Below the pieces are notes generated by a model. It was not told where the DNA came from and did not search any database. It saw only the letters and a list, made by a program, of their open reading frames with translations. Made by a program: the position numbers and the translations under genes. From NCBI GenBank assembly GCA_965262985.1, contig OZ253576.1, forward strand, positions 6,225,937 to 6,289,936: 64,000 bases of DNA, written 5' to 3'. This document shows, piece by piece, positions 12,957-22,375 of the stretch. Within the stretch, counting starts at the first letter, position 1. Every line of letters begins with the position of its first letter. Source of the DNA: Vicinamibacterales bacterium. GTDB lineage: Bacteria; Acidobacteriota; Vicinamibacteria; Vicinamibacterales; UBA8438.

Positions 12957-13754
12957 CTATCCTCCCATCCGGGACAGCGCGAATCCTCCACCGACCGCGA
13001 TGATCGCGTAGAGAGTGTAGAAACCTGCGAGAATCGGACCGGTGCGCCGGCCGTACAGCACGGCGATTCCGATGGACACGATGCAGAGCTGCCAGACCAC
13101 GAACATGTCGATCAAGCTCAGCGCACGGTACGCGAAGGTTCTGTCGTCGAGCATGGGAAAGAATGCCGCGATGGTCGCCGGATTGCTGATCGCTCCGCGT
13201 ATGTAATTCAGTGGCACCACGAACATCTGCTGCACGACGTTCACGGCTCCGACATGCGCGACGATCGCGAACAGGGCCTTGAAACTCGCCCCCGTGCCGA
13301 ATACCACGTAACCGACCGTCCAGACCACACCGGCAAGAATCAGCACCAGGATCGGAATCGTGACCAGTTGGCTTCCCAGCGTGAACAGGGCCACGATCGG
13401 AATACTGACGGCCAGCGGGCCGACCGTGAAATCGATCGAACTGCGGCTCTGGCGGACTATCCCCTCGTACATTTCGTCCGAGACGGTGACGCCAAACGTT
13501 TCCATTTGGTTGAACTGAAGTTCCAGCAGCGCCTGCCGGCCCACGTCGGTGCTGATCAACCAGGCGTTCGCCCCGCCGGCTGCGAGCACGACGATCGCAA
13601 GGGCTCCCAGCCAGCGGGGCCGGTTCATGATTGTGCGAAACGTGCTCTGCGGCGAGAACAGGACACCGGCCAGTCGCGAGATCACACCGGGGTGGCGCAC
13701 GGTGGCCGGACGCAGGGGGCCGTCGTGTGGCGCAGCTTCCGTCCTCGCGGGCAT
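12957..13754 (-). CDS. YIP1-family (YknW-like) membrane protein
   Basis: RLAGVLFSPQSTFRTI..P.WL motif, several TM segments, first gene of the exporter operon. Confidence 0.8.
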   Translation of the reverse strand: MPARTEAAPHDGPLRPATVRHPGVISRLAGVLFSPQSTFRTIMNRPRWLGALAIVVLAAGGANAWLISTDVGRQALLELQFNQMETFGVTVSDEMYEGIVRQSRSSIDFTVGPLAVSIPIVALFTLGSQLVTIPILVLILAGVVWTVGYVVFGTGASFKALFAIVAHVGAVNVVQQMFVVPLNYIRGAISNPATIAAFFPMLDDRTFAYRALSLIDMFVVWQLCIVSIGIAVLYGRRTGPILAGFYTLYAIIAVGGGFALSRMGG

Positions 13755-13969
13755 CGTGGTATCTGGTTGTTACCAACGTGATGATCAGGGGTAGGGTTGA
13801 AATGGCGGGCAACACCGGAAACTCACCATTATACTGCGGTCGATCGCCGTCGTCGTTCCGCAGGTACGCCATACCCATGAATAGACGGAATTGTGTGGTC
13901 GTTTGTTCGCTGGTCCCCGATGTCTGACTCCGGCCCCGACCCTGCCTTGACAGGGTGCAGGCGGTTGAC

Positions 13970-14114
13970 CTAGTGTCCCGACGACAGAGGTTCGCTACAT
14001 GATCCGCGGGCGGACCGTCCAGCCGGCACGCGTTGTTCCTCGGTCACGAATGCGAAATCCGGTCCCTCGTCGCGCCCGCGATCGTTGTGCTCCACCTGTC
14101 GGATGGGACACTGG
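13970..14114. mobile_element. MITE-like element, terminus type B (TGTCCC..GACAG / CTGTC..GGGACA), carrying the family-A internal core
   Basis: CTAG-TGTCCCGACGACAG...CTGTCGGATGGGACA-CTGG imperfect terminal inverted repeats. Internal 14030-14076 matches 22434-22481 at about 38 of 48 nt (hand alignment). Confidence 0.6.
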
Positions 14115-14174
14115 TGTTCCGTGTGGGTTCCGGGGCCATTCCCGGCGACGCGGCGTCGAGGACCGGAGCGTGCA

Positions 14175-14726
14175 GTGATCGAACTCGTCCCCAAACAACT
14201 CTTCTTCACCAAGGGTGTCGGCAAGCATCGCGAGAAGCTCACGTCGTTCGAGTTGGCCCTCCGGGCGGCGGGCATTGCCGCGTGCAATCTGGTCCGTGTG
14301 TCCAGCATCTTCCCTCCGGGATGCAAGATTCTGACCAAGGCGGATGGCGTCAGAAGGCTGAAACCGGGTCAGGTCACCTTCGTGGTGATGTCAGAGGCGG
14401 CGACGCGCGAGGCCCACCGGCTTATTGCCGCGACCATCGGTGTGGCGATTCCCCGCGACAGAAAATTGTTTGGCTATCTCTCTGAGCACCATAGCTTTGG
14501 AGAGAACGAAGAGACGGCAGGGGACTACGCGGAGGAACTGGCGGCGGAAATGCTGGCGACCACCCTCGGACTCGATTTCGATCCGGACAAGAGCTGGGAC
14601 GAGAATAAGGAAGTGTACAGGCTCTCGACCCAGATCGTGCGGACCCAGAACGTCACCCAGACCGCTGTCGGCGACAAGAACGGTCTCTGGACCACCGTCA
14701 TCGCGGCCGCCGTGCTCGTCGGCTGA
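14175..14726 (+). CDS. pdaD: Pyruvoyl-dependent arginine decarboxylase
   Basis: GTG start at 14175; SFELALRAAGIAACNLVRVSSIFPP with the Ser-Ser self-cleavage site; GYLSEHH; WTTVIAAAV. Confidence 0.9.
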   Translation: MIELVPKQLFFTKGVGKHREKLTSFELALRAAGIAACNLVRVSSIFPPGCKILTKADGVRRLKPGQVTFVVMSEAATREAHRLIAATIGVAIPRDRKLFGYLSEHHSFGENEETAGDYAEELAAEMLATTLGLDFDPDKSWDENKEVYRLSTQIVRTQNVTQTAVGDKNGLWTTVIAAAVLVG

Positions 14727-14887
14727 ATCCTCCAGACCTTGATGCCGGGCAGGCAGTGACGCGACGTCGGGCTGCCAGGACCCGGCGTTGATCCCTCGGG
14801 TCAGCTTTCCCTTCCTCCTTTGGCCGAATGATCTGGCCAGGTAACCGGATGACACCTCCTCGTCCACACGGGGTGTTGGCGGGAAAG

Positions 14888-14906
14888 TGTGACGAGAAAT
14901 GTCACA
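14888..14906. promoter_or_regulatory. Perfect palindrome TGTGAC-N7-GTCACA upstream of pilB, a candidate regulator site
   Basis: Read directly; ends 64 nt upstream of the pilB ATG at 14971. Confidence 0.4.
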
Positions 14907-14970
14907 GTTCTTGCAGGTCTTGTCCTTCCCAAGTAATGGCTGTCCGTTCTGGAGCGGAGCCAGGAAAACC

Positions 14971-16728
14971 ATGACCGTTCGAATCGGCGAACTGCTTGTC
15001 AAGGAGGAGCGCATCACTGCCGCCCAGTTGCAGGAGGCTCTGGACCGGCAGCAGTCGCAGGGGGGGGAACTCGGGTCTACTCTCGCGCAACTCGGGTTCG
15101 TCGAAGATGAGGAAATTGTTGCCCTGCTGAGCAGGCAATACGGTGTGCCCTCCATAAACCTCGCACAGTTCGACATCGACGCAGCCGTCATCAAGCTGGT
15201 ATCGGCGGCCGCTGCCGAGAAGTACGAGGTCGTCCCCGTCAGCCGGGCAGGGGCGACCCTGACGCTCGCGATGTCCAACCCGACGAATGTCTTTGCGGTC
15301 GACGACATCAAATTCATGACCGGATATCAGGTCGAGCCGGTCGTCGCGGCGCAATCGGCGGTCCTCGCTGCGATTGACCGCTACTACGGTAACAAGGGCA
15401 AGGACATCGGACCGACGGTTCAGGAGATCAACGCGAGTCCACACGCGCCGGCGAGGAACCCCCTCGAGAGAATGCCGGATCGGGAGGACTACGGAGTCGA
15501 AGTGATCGAGGAGATGGAGGGCGCCGACGTGCTCTCCATCGAGACGTCGAACAGCGAGGCGCCGGTCGTCCGGCTGGTCAACGCGGTGCTGGCATCCGCC
15601 ATCCGGAAGGGCGCCAGCGACATCCACGTCGAGCCGTATGAGAACGAGTATCGGATCCGCTTTCGAATCGATGGAACCCTGTACACCGAGATGGCGCCTC
15701 CGGCGAATCTCCGGGACGCCATCACTTCGCGGCTCAAGATCATGGCGCAGCTCGACATCGCCGAGAAGCGTCTGCCGCAGGATGGTCGGATCAAACTCCG
15801 CTTTCGCGCCGATGACGGCGGCAAGCACATCGACTTCCGCGTATCCTGCCTCCCGACGTTGTTCGGCGAGAAGATCGTCATGCGGCTGCTCGACCAGAGC
15901 AAGCTGATGCTCGACATGAGGAGGCTTGGGTTCGAGCCGGCCTCGCTGTGCAGCTTCGAAGAAGCGATCAGCAAGCCCTGGGGCCTCGTGCTCGTCACCG
16001 GTCCCACCGGCAGCGGCAAGACGAACACTCTGTATTCGGCCATCGCCAGGATCAACACCACTTCCACCAATATCGTCACCGCGGAGGACCCGGTCGAGTT
16101 CAACATGACCGGAGTCAACCAGGTGCAGATGCGAGAGAGTATCGGGTTGAACTTTGCCGCTGCGCTGCGTTCGTTCCTCCGCCAGGATCCGGACGTCATA
16201 CTCGTCGGTGAGATCCGGGACGTCGAAACAGCCGAGATTGCGATCAAGGCGGCGCTCACCGGGCATCTCGTGCTGTCGACACTACACACCAACGACGCCC
16301 CGAGCACCGTCAACCGACTCATGAACATGGGCATTGAACCGTTTCTCGTGGCCAGCGCCGTCAACCTCATCTGCGCGCAACGGCTGGTGCGCCGGGTGTG
16401 TGACAACTGCGCGGAGGACCACCAGACGCCGGCTCCCACCCTCATGGAGATCGGATTCTCTGCCGAGCAGGCCGTCACGTTGACGCCTCGACGCGGCTCC
16501 GGCTGCCAGCGGTGCAACGGTACTGGCTTCAAAGGGCGGATCGGGCTCTACGAGGTGATGCAGGTCACCGATGACCTTCGGCGAATGATCTTGCTGGGAA
16601 ACTCGGCGCTCGAGTTGCGGCGGCACGCGATAGATGACGGCATGCTGACCTTGCGTACCAGCGGGCTGTACAAGATTGCGGAGGGGCAGACGACCATTGA
16701 AGAAGTGCTGAAGGAAACGGTCAAGTAG
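14971..16728 (+). CDS. pilB: Type IV pilus assembly ATPase PilB
   Basis: MshEN-like N-terminus, ASDIHVEP, GPTGSGKT, LRQDPDVILVGEIRD, CDNC...CQRC tetracysteine. Confidence 0.95.
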   Translation: MTVRIGELLVKEERITAAQLQEALDRQQSQGGELGSTLAQLGFVEDEEIVALLSRQYGVPSINLAQFDIDAAVIKLVSAAAAEKYEVVPVSRAGATLTLAMSNPTNVFAVDDIKFMTGYQVEPVVAAQSAVLAAIDRYYGNKGKDIGPTVQEINASPHAPARNPLERMPDREDYGVEVIEEMEGADVLSIETSNSEAPVVRLVNAVLASAIRKGASDIHVEPYENEYRIRFRIDGTLYTEMAPPANLRDAITSRLKIMAQLDIAEKRLPQDGRIKLRFRADDGGKHIDFRVSCLPTLFGEKIVMRLLDQSKLMLDMRRLGFEPASLCSFEEAISKPWGLVLVTGPTGSGKTNTLYSAIARINTTSTNIVTAEDPVEFNMTGVNQVQMRESIGLNFAAALRSFLRQDPDVILVGEIRDVETAEIAIKAALTGHLVLSTLHTNDAPSTVNRLMNMGIEPFLVASAVNLICAQRLVRRVCDNCAEDHQTPAPTLMEIGFSAEQAVTLTPRRGSGCQRCNGTGFKGRIGLYEVMQVTDDLRRMILLGNSALELRRHAIDDGMLTLRTSGLYKIAEGQTTIEEVLKETVK

Positions 16729-17856
16729 GTGCCGAGCCTGTCTGATTTGCTGAAGGCTACTGTCGATCTCGAAGCGTCCGACCTGCACGTCACGACCGAT
16801 TCGCCACCGCAGGTGAGGGTCGATGGTTCGCTACGTCCGCTCGACCTTCCTCCGCTGTGTGCGGCCGAGACCAGGCAACTCGTGTACAGCGTCCTGACCG
16901 ACGGTCAGAAGGGTCAGTTCGAAGACTCGTTCGAGCTCGATTTTTCGTTCAGCATCCGTGATATTGCACGATTCCGCGGGAACGCCTTTCGCCAGCGCGG
17001 CGCCGTGGCCGCCGTATTCCGCGTGATTCCCGATGAGATTTGCAGTGTGCGGGGACTGGGATTGCCTCCCGTCATCGAGCGGCTGGCCGCGCACCCGCGG
17101 GGGCTGGTGCTGGTCACGGGATCCACCGGCAGCGGGAAGAGCACGACGTTGGCGGCACTGATCGACAAGATCAACACGGAACGGAATGCGCACATCCTGA
17201 CGATTGAAGATCCGATCGAGTACCTTCACTCCCACAAGAACTGCCTCGTCAACCAACGAGAGGTCAACAGCGATACGACGAGCTTTGCGACAGCGCTCCG
17301 CGCGGCGTTGCGTGAAGACCCGGACGTGGTGTTGATCGGGGAATTGCGAGATCTCGAGACGATCGAATCAGCGCTGCGGATCGCTGAGACGGGCCACCTG
17401 ACGTTCGCGACCGCGCACACCAATTCCGCCTATCAGACCATCAATCGGATCATTGACGTGTTTCCGGACAGCCAACAGGGCCAGGTGCGCACGCAGTTGT
17501 CGCTGGTACTCGAGGGCGTCATGTGTCAGACGCTGCTGCCCAGGCGCTCCGGCGGCGGGCGGGTGGCGGCTGTCGAGGTCATGGTACCGACCGCGGCGAT
17601 CAGAAACCTGATTCGTGAAGACAAGATTCATCAGCTCTACTCCGTCATGCAGGCGGGGCAGGAGAAAAACGGGATGCAGACGATGAATCAGTCGCTTGCG
17701 ACTCTCGTCAAGTCTCGGGTGGTGTCCGTCGAGACTGCCCTGGCGGCTTCCTCGATGCCAAGTGAATTGCGGGATTTGATCTCGCGCGGAGCAGGTGCCG
17801 TGCCCGGCGCGGGCGCGCGGTGCATCGAGAGACGCTCGTCGACGCCGCAACGGTAG
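16729..17856 (+). CDS. pilT: Type IV pilus retraction ATPase PilT
   Basis: GSTGSGKST, LREDPDVVLIGELRD and the AIRNLIRE motif. Confidence 0.95.
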   Translation: MPSLSDLLKATVDLEASDLHVTTDSPPQVRVDGSLRPLDLPPLCAAETRQLVYSVLTDGQKGQFEDSFELDFSFSIRDIARFRGNAFRQRGAVAAVFRVIPDEICSVRGLGLPPVIERLAAHPRGLVLVTGSTGSGKSTTLAALIDKINTERNAHILTIEDPIEYLHSHKNCLVNQREVNSDTTSFATALRAALREDPDVVLIGELRDLETIESALRIAETGHLTFATAHTNSAYQTINRIIDVFPDSQQGQVRTQLSLVLEGVMCQTLLPRRSGGGRVAAVEVMVPTAAIRNLIREDKIHQLYSVMQAGQEKNGMQTMNQSLATLVKSRVVSVETALAASSMPSELRDLISRGAGAVPGAGARCIERRSSTPQR

Positions 17857-17885
17857 AAGCGTTCGAACAGCCCGGGATTCAGTCG

Positions 17886-19097
17886 ATGCCGACCTTCGCG
17901 TACTCGGGCCGGACCCGTGGGGGGCAGCCCGTCAGCGGGCAGAAAATCGCAGACACGCTCGATGTGGCGCTGGCCGCCCTGCGCCGTGAACAGATCTTCG
18001 TCACCAGAATCGATGCAGTGCGCGAGCGGGTCTGGGCGGCGCGAACTCGCCGCGTCAAGCCCGTGCCGGCCAGAAACCTGGCGATCTTCACGCGGCAATT
18101 CTCGGTGATGATCGATGCGGGTCTGCCACTGGTGCAATGTCTGGAGATTCTCGGCAATCAGGAAGAGGACAAGAACTTCAGCCGGATCATCCTGCAAACC
18201 CGTGCTGACATCGAAGGGGGAACCGGTCTTGCTGACTCGATGCGGAAACACCCGAGCGCATTCGACTCGCTCTACACCAACATGATGGCGGCCGGCGAGG
18301 CAGGCGGAATCCTCGACACCATCCTCAAGCGGCTGGCGATCCATATCGAAAAAAACGTCAGACTCACGGCGCAAGTCAGGTCTGCGATGACCTATCCGAT
18401 TGCCATCCTGACGATCTCGGCCATTGTGGTCGGTGGCATTCTGTGGAAGGTGATCCCCACGTTCGCGAATCTGTTCGCCGGTCTGGGCGCGACGCTGCCG
18501 CTGCCCACGCGAATGGTAATCGTGATGAGCAACTCGCTGGTGACGTACATGCCGTTCCTCATCCTGGGCGGCGTGGTGCTGGCGTTCACCTACCGCAGGT
18601 TCCGCGCGACAGGGCGGGGGCGCCGTGCTGTGGACCGGGCGTTACTCAAGACACCGGTCCTGGGCCTGATCTTCAGGAAAGAGGCGGTCGCCCGTTTCTG
18701 CCGCACGCTTGCAACGTTGCTCGGCTCAGGGGTGCCGATTCTCGATGGACTCGAGATCACTGCCAAGACGGCGGGGAACGCCATCATCGAGGACGCGATC
18801 AGGGTGACTCGAGCCGCCATTGAGCGCGGTGAGACCGTTTCAGGGTCACTTCGTGGGACCAGGGCTTTTCCACCCATGGTGACGCAGATGATCAACGTGG
18901 GTGAGGCGACCGGTACGCTGGACACAATGTTGGCCAAGATTGCAGATTTCTACGAAGAGGAGGTGAATACCTCGGTCGCCGGGATGTTGACCCTGATCGA
19001 GCCGATCATGATCGCGTTTCTTGGTGTGCTCGTGGGGAGCATCGTTATCGCGATGTATCTGCCCATCTTCGACCTTATCAGCCGGATGGCCGGATAG
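17886..19097 (+). CDS. pilC: Type IV pilus inner-membrane platform protein PilC (GspF family)
   Basis: MPTFAYSGR..., FTRQFSVMIDAGLPL and AMYLPIF motifs. Confidence 0.95.
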   Translation: MPTFAYSGRTRGGQPVSGQKIADTLDVALAALRREQIFVTRIDAVRERVWAARTRRVKPVPARNLAIFTRQFSVMIDAGLPLVQCLEILGNQEEDKNFSRIILQTRADIEGGTGLADSMRKHPSAFDSLYTNMMAAGEAGGILDTILKRLAIHIEKNVRLTAQVRSAMTYPIAILTISAIVVGGILWKVIPTFANLFAGLGATLPLPTRMVIVMSNSLVTYMPFLILGGVVLAFTYRRFRATGRGRRAVDRALLKTPVLGLIFRKEAVARFCRTLATLLGSGVPILDGLEITAKTAGNAIIEDAIRVTRAAIERGETVSGSLRGTRAFPPMVTQMINVGEATGTLDTMLAKIADFYEEEVNTSVAGMLTLIEPIMIAFLGVLVGSIVIAMYLPIFDLISRMAG

Positions 19098-19180
19098 AAC
19101 GCACACGGGTGACACCGGAGAGCGGAATGATGCCCGGTGCTCATCCAGCTCTCGGTTCCGAAAGGACCTCCAACATCATG

Positions 19181-19207
19181 AGCCCCGCTGTATGTGATCG
19201 GCGCTGC
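19181..19207. repeat. Short remnant of the family-A MITE left interior
   Basis: AGCCCCGCTGTATGTGATCGGCGCTGC versus AGCCCCGCTGCATTCGATTGGCGCTGC in the 22376 copy (23/27 identical). Confidence 0.5.
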
Positions 19208-19349
19208 CACGCTGGTGACAACCTGTGGTTGCCCTCATGCGTCACGCGACGATGCACGTCACGTGTCGAGATCGTTGGTTTCCCGACCCACGTCAAGTAA
19301 ACTCTTTGTTCAGAGCAACAAGCAAGATCGACGCATGAATCCGGTCAGA

Positions 19350-19366
19350 TTGGATCTTCGTTTGCA
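19350..19366 (+). promoter_or_regulatory. Candidate sigma54 (-24/-12) promoter for the major pilin
   Basis: TTGGATCTTCGTTTGCA = GG-N10-GC with TTGCA. Sigma54 control of pilA is established in Pseudomonas, Myxococcus and Geobacter. Confidence 0.5.
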
Positions 19367-19490
19367 TGTCCTCTCTCCACTCGGATGCCGCCAGCAGGCG
19401 AACACAACCGAGCATTGAAGTATTGAGGAGGGCGTAACCGTGAATCGATGTGCATCGGATGACGACAACGGCATGCAGGAGAAGACAAGA

Positions 19491-20012
19491 GTGAGAAACA
19501 GCAGAGGCTTCACGTTGATCGAGCTGCTGATCGTCGTGGCGATCATCGGGGTCCTCGGCGCCATCGCCGTTCCCGGGTTGCTGCAAGCGCGTCGAGCGGG
19601 GAACGAGGCCTCGGCCATCGCGTCGCTCCGCGCCATCAACAGCGCCCAGTCGATTTATGCTGCCGGATGCGGCAGCGGGTTCTACGCGCCGTCGCTCGTA
19701 AACCTTGGGACGCCGCCGACGGTCGGCGTTGGCGACGGTTTTATCGGCACGGACCTGGGCAGTGATCCGGCAGTGAAGAGCAGCTACACGATAACGTTGA
19801 CGGCTGGTCCGGCGGCGGCCGGGGCTCCGGCGTCCTGCAACGGGGCCGCTGCCGGCACGGTGGTCTCGACGTATTTCGTGAGTGCGGCGCCCACGGCTGG
19901 TGGAGGCATACGTTTCTTTGGTACGAATCAGGGGGCCACGATCTATCAGTCGACGGCCGCTATTCCTGTCACCCAGAACGGTGCGCCGGCAGACGCGACG
20001 CCAATCCAGTAG
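19491..20012 (+). CDS. pilA: Type IV major pilin-like protein
   Basis: Class III signal RNSRG|FTLIELLIVVAIIGVL and two Cys. GTG start after AGGAG; the ATG at 19473 is an alternative. Confidence 0.85.
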   Translation: MRNSRGFTLIELLIVVAIIGVLGAIAVPGLLQARRAGNEASAIASLRAINSAQSIYAAGCGSGFYAPSLVNLGTPPTVGVGDGFIGTDLGSDPAVKSSYTITLTAGPAAAGAPASCNGAAAGTVVSTYFVSAAPTAGGGIRFFGTNQGATIYQSTAAIPVTQNGAPADATPIQ

Positions 20013-20062
20013 CACACCGTGATCGAGTCCTGGCTTGCGCCGCCTGAGAGAGAAGGGACACC

Positions 20063-21289
20063 ATGAGCCAGTTCGTTCGTCGCGCCATTCTGACGCTGGC
20101 CCTGATCGGCCTCGTGGCGGCTGGCGCCTCGACATACGTGCACTTCCAGTTGGTCCAGGACCCCGGCTATACGAGCTTCTGCGATATCAACGAGACCGTC
20201 AGTTGCACACAGGTATATCTGAGTCCCTACGGGTCCGTCAGGGATATCCCGGTCGCCCTGATCGGCGCATTCTGGTTCGGGCTGGTTTTTCTGTTGACGC
20301 TGGCAGCGGACCGTGGCTCTGTCGGTCTGAGGGAGAACGTCGGCGGCTATCTGCTGGTGCTCTCGACGATCGGGCTCGCGACCGTGTTGTTCCTCGGTTA
20401 CGCCTCCGTCGCCCTGCTTGACGCAGTGTGCCTGCTCTGTGTCGTCGTCTATGTGGCGGTCGTCGGGATCTTCCTGCTGTCCGGGGCGGCCAGTTCGGTC
20501 CCCTGGCTGTCGATCCCGAGACGCATCGCCGGCGACGTCCGGCGTCTGGCACGGAGTCCGGTTGCGCTGGGTGTCGCGGTTCTCTATCTGGGCGCTACAG
20601 CGGCCGCGGTCGTAGCGTTTCGCGCGGAACCGGTTGGGTTGACAGTGCCAGCAGTGACCGGTGCCGCCGCTGACGCCGGCGCGGCTGCGTCCGACGGCGA
20701 ATCGGCGTTCGTACGCTACTGGGATGGGCAGCCCCGGGTTGAGTTGCCTGTGCCCCGCGACGGAGCCAAGGTGCTGGTCGTGAAATTCAATGACTACCAG
20801 TGTCCCTCCTGCGCGGCGACCTTTCTGGCGTACGAACCGATCTTCGCGCGGTTCGAGTCGAGCCATCCCGGCGCCGTCCGCCATGTCAGCATCGACTATC
20901 CGCTCGACCCGGAGTGCAACGAGCAGACACCGCGGGGAATGCACATGGGAGCGTGCGAGGCGGCCGTTGCGGTGCGGCTCGCCAGACGGGAGGGTCGTGG
21001 CGAGCAGATGGCGCGCTGGATGTACGAGAATCAGCCGTCACTGTCGCGGGAGACAGTGGTGGAGGCGCTGGCCGAGGTCGCCGGAATGTCAGATTTCGAC
21101 GAGCTGTACGAGGCGACCCTTGAGTCCGTGAGAGCAGACATCGAGCTGGGAAGAATCATTGAGATCGACGCGACTCCCACCTTCGTCATCAACGGCGTGT
21201 TGATCAAGGGGGGATTGCAACCGCAGTATCTCGAAGCGGCGATCGAACTGGAGCTCGACCGCGCCACGGCCGGGGGAGTGCCAGAATAG
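20063..21289 (+). CDS. Vitamin K epoxide reductase (VKOR)-DsbA/thioredoxin fusion
   Basis: VKOR loop C(DINETVS)C, TM CLLC, and C-terminal DsbA-like DYQCPSC...ATPTFVING. Confidence 0.9.
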   Translation: MSQFVRRAILTLALIGLVAAGASTYVHFQLVQDPGYTSFCDINETVSCTQVYLSPYGSVRDIPVALIGAFWFGLVFLLTLAADRGSVGLRENVGGYLLVLSTIGLATVLFLGYASVALLDAVCLLCVVVYVAVVGIFLLSGAASSVPWLSIPRRIAGDVRRLARSPVALGVAVLYLGATAAAVVAFRAEPVGLTVPAVTGAAADAGAAASDGESAFVRYWDGQPRVELPVPRDGAKVLVVKFNDYQCPSCAATFLAYEPIFARFESSHPGAVRHVSIDYPLDPECNEQTPRGMHMGACEAAVAVRLARREGRGEQMARWMYENQPSLSRETVVEALAEVAGMSDFDELYEATLESVRADIELGRIIEIDATPTFVINGVLIKGGLQPQYLEAAIELELDRATAGGVPE

Positions 21290-21401
21290 CGCCGGCCCGC
21301 TGACGCCATGTCCCGCCATGCCATCCAAACCGTGGCGGTCATCGTCGCGTCTTGAATCCCTTTTCTGAGCTTTTTTCCTTGCCCGGCGAGACACTGCCGC
21401 C

Positions 21402-22181
21402 ATGGCCGCATTGACCGGAACGCTGGCCTTCGGTCTCGTGGCCGCTTTCGGAGTGGCCATTGGCAGTTTTCTCAACGTCTGTGTCTATCGTTTGCCCCGC
21501 GGCGAATCGATAGTCAGCCCGCCGTCCAGATGTCCATCCTGTGGTCAGAGTCTGCGTTGGTTCGACAACGTGCCGGTGTGGAGCTGGATACGGCTCGGCG
21601 GGCGATGCCGGACCTGTCGGGCGACAATATCGCCGGTTTATCCGATCGTCGAAGCGGTCACGGGGACATTGTTTCTGCTGCAGTATTGGCAACTCGGGTG
21701 GCAGCCACTGCTGGGAATTCGACTGCTGTTCGTTGCCGCCATGATCGTGCTGTTCGTAATCGACCTGCAGCATCGAATCCTGCCTGACGTCATCACCCTG
21801 CCAGGCATCGTGATCGGTCTGGCCGCCAGTATGTTCCTGGAACCGGGCTGGCAGGCGGCGCTCATCGGAGTCGCTGCCGGGGGAGGGGTGCTGTGGGCCG
21901 TGGGCGAGGCCTACTTCCGGGTTCGCGGCGAGGAGGGCATGGGTGTCGGCGATGTGAAGATGCTCGCGATGATCGGCGCGTTTCTTGGATGGCAACTCAC
22001 GCTCGTGACCCTGCTGTTCGCGTCGCTGACCGGGTCTGCCGTGGGCGTCGGGATGGTGATGTTCGACCGGCGCCACATGAAATACCAGCTCCCGCTCGGT
22101 TCGTTTCTGGCCGCGGGCGCTGTGGTTGCGGCGCATTTCGGGCAGTCGCTGATCGCGTGGTACGTTGGGTTGTTCTCGTAG
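21402..22181 (+). CDS. pilD: Prepilin peptidase / N-methyltransferase
   Basis: GSFLNVCVYRLP, CPSC...CRTC, IDLQHRILPD and GMGVGDVK motifs. Confidence 0.95.
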   Translation: MAALTGTLAFGLVAAFGVAIGSFLNVCVYRLPRGESIVSPPSRCPSCGQSLRWFDNVPVWSWIRLGGRCRTCRATISPVYPIVEAVTGTLFLLQYWQLGWQPLLGIRLLFVAAMIVLFVIDLQHRILPDVITLPGIVIGLAASMFLEPGWQAALIGVAAGGGVLWAVGEAYFRVRGEEGMGVGDVKMLAMIGAFLGWQLTLVTLLFASLTGSAVGVGMVMFDRRHMKYQLPLGSFLAAGAVVAAHFGQSLIAWYVGLFS

Positions 22182-22240
22182 CCGGTGGCAATTCTGCCGG
22201 GTTGCGCCGACCCTCGGCTTCAGGCTCACGTCACAATCTC

Positions 22241-22361
22241 TGCAATGTGGCCCTGATTCTCTGGATGAAGAACCTCCCGACTGCCGAGTCGCGCAATGCC
22301 GCCGCCCCTGGAATTCCTTGCTCGTCGCTCTCATACCAATCTGGATCCGACATTGCATTAG
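22241..22361. mobile_element. Possible MITE-like element, terminus type C (TGCAATGT...ACATTGCA-TTAG)
   Basis: TGCAATGTGGCCCTGATT and AATCTGGATCCGACATTGCA form an imperfect inverted repeat around about 80 bp, ending in TTAG. Confidence 0.45.
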
Positions 22362-22375
22362 CCCCGCGTATGACC

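Noticed and set aside
13828-13833. Perfect TATAAT upstream of the YIP1 gene (minus strand)
   Set aside because: No -35 or extended -10 support; not listed as a promoter.
14768-14780. CGGGCTGCCAGGA identical to the end of the 29304 MITE
   Set aside because: A 13-nt GC-rich match with no other element sequence nearby; could be chance.
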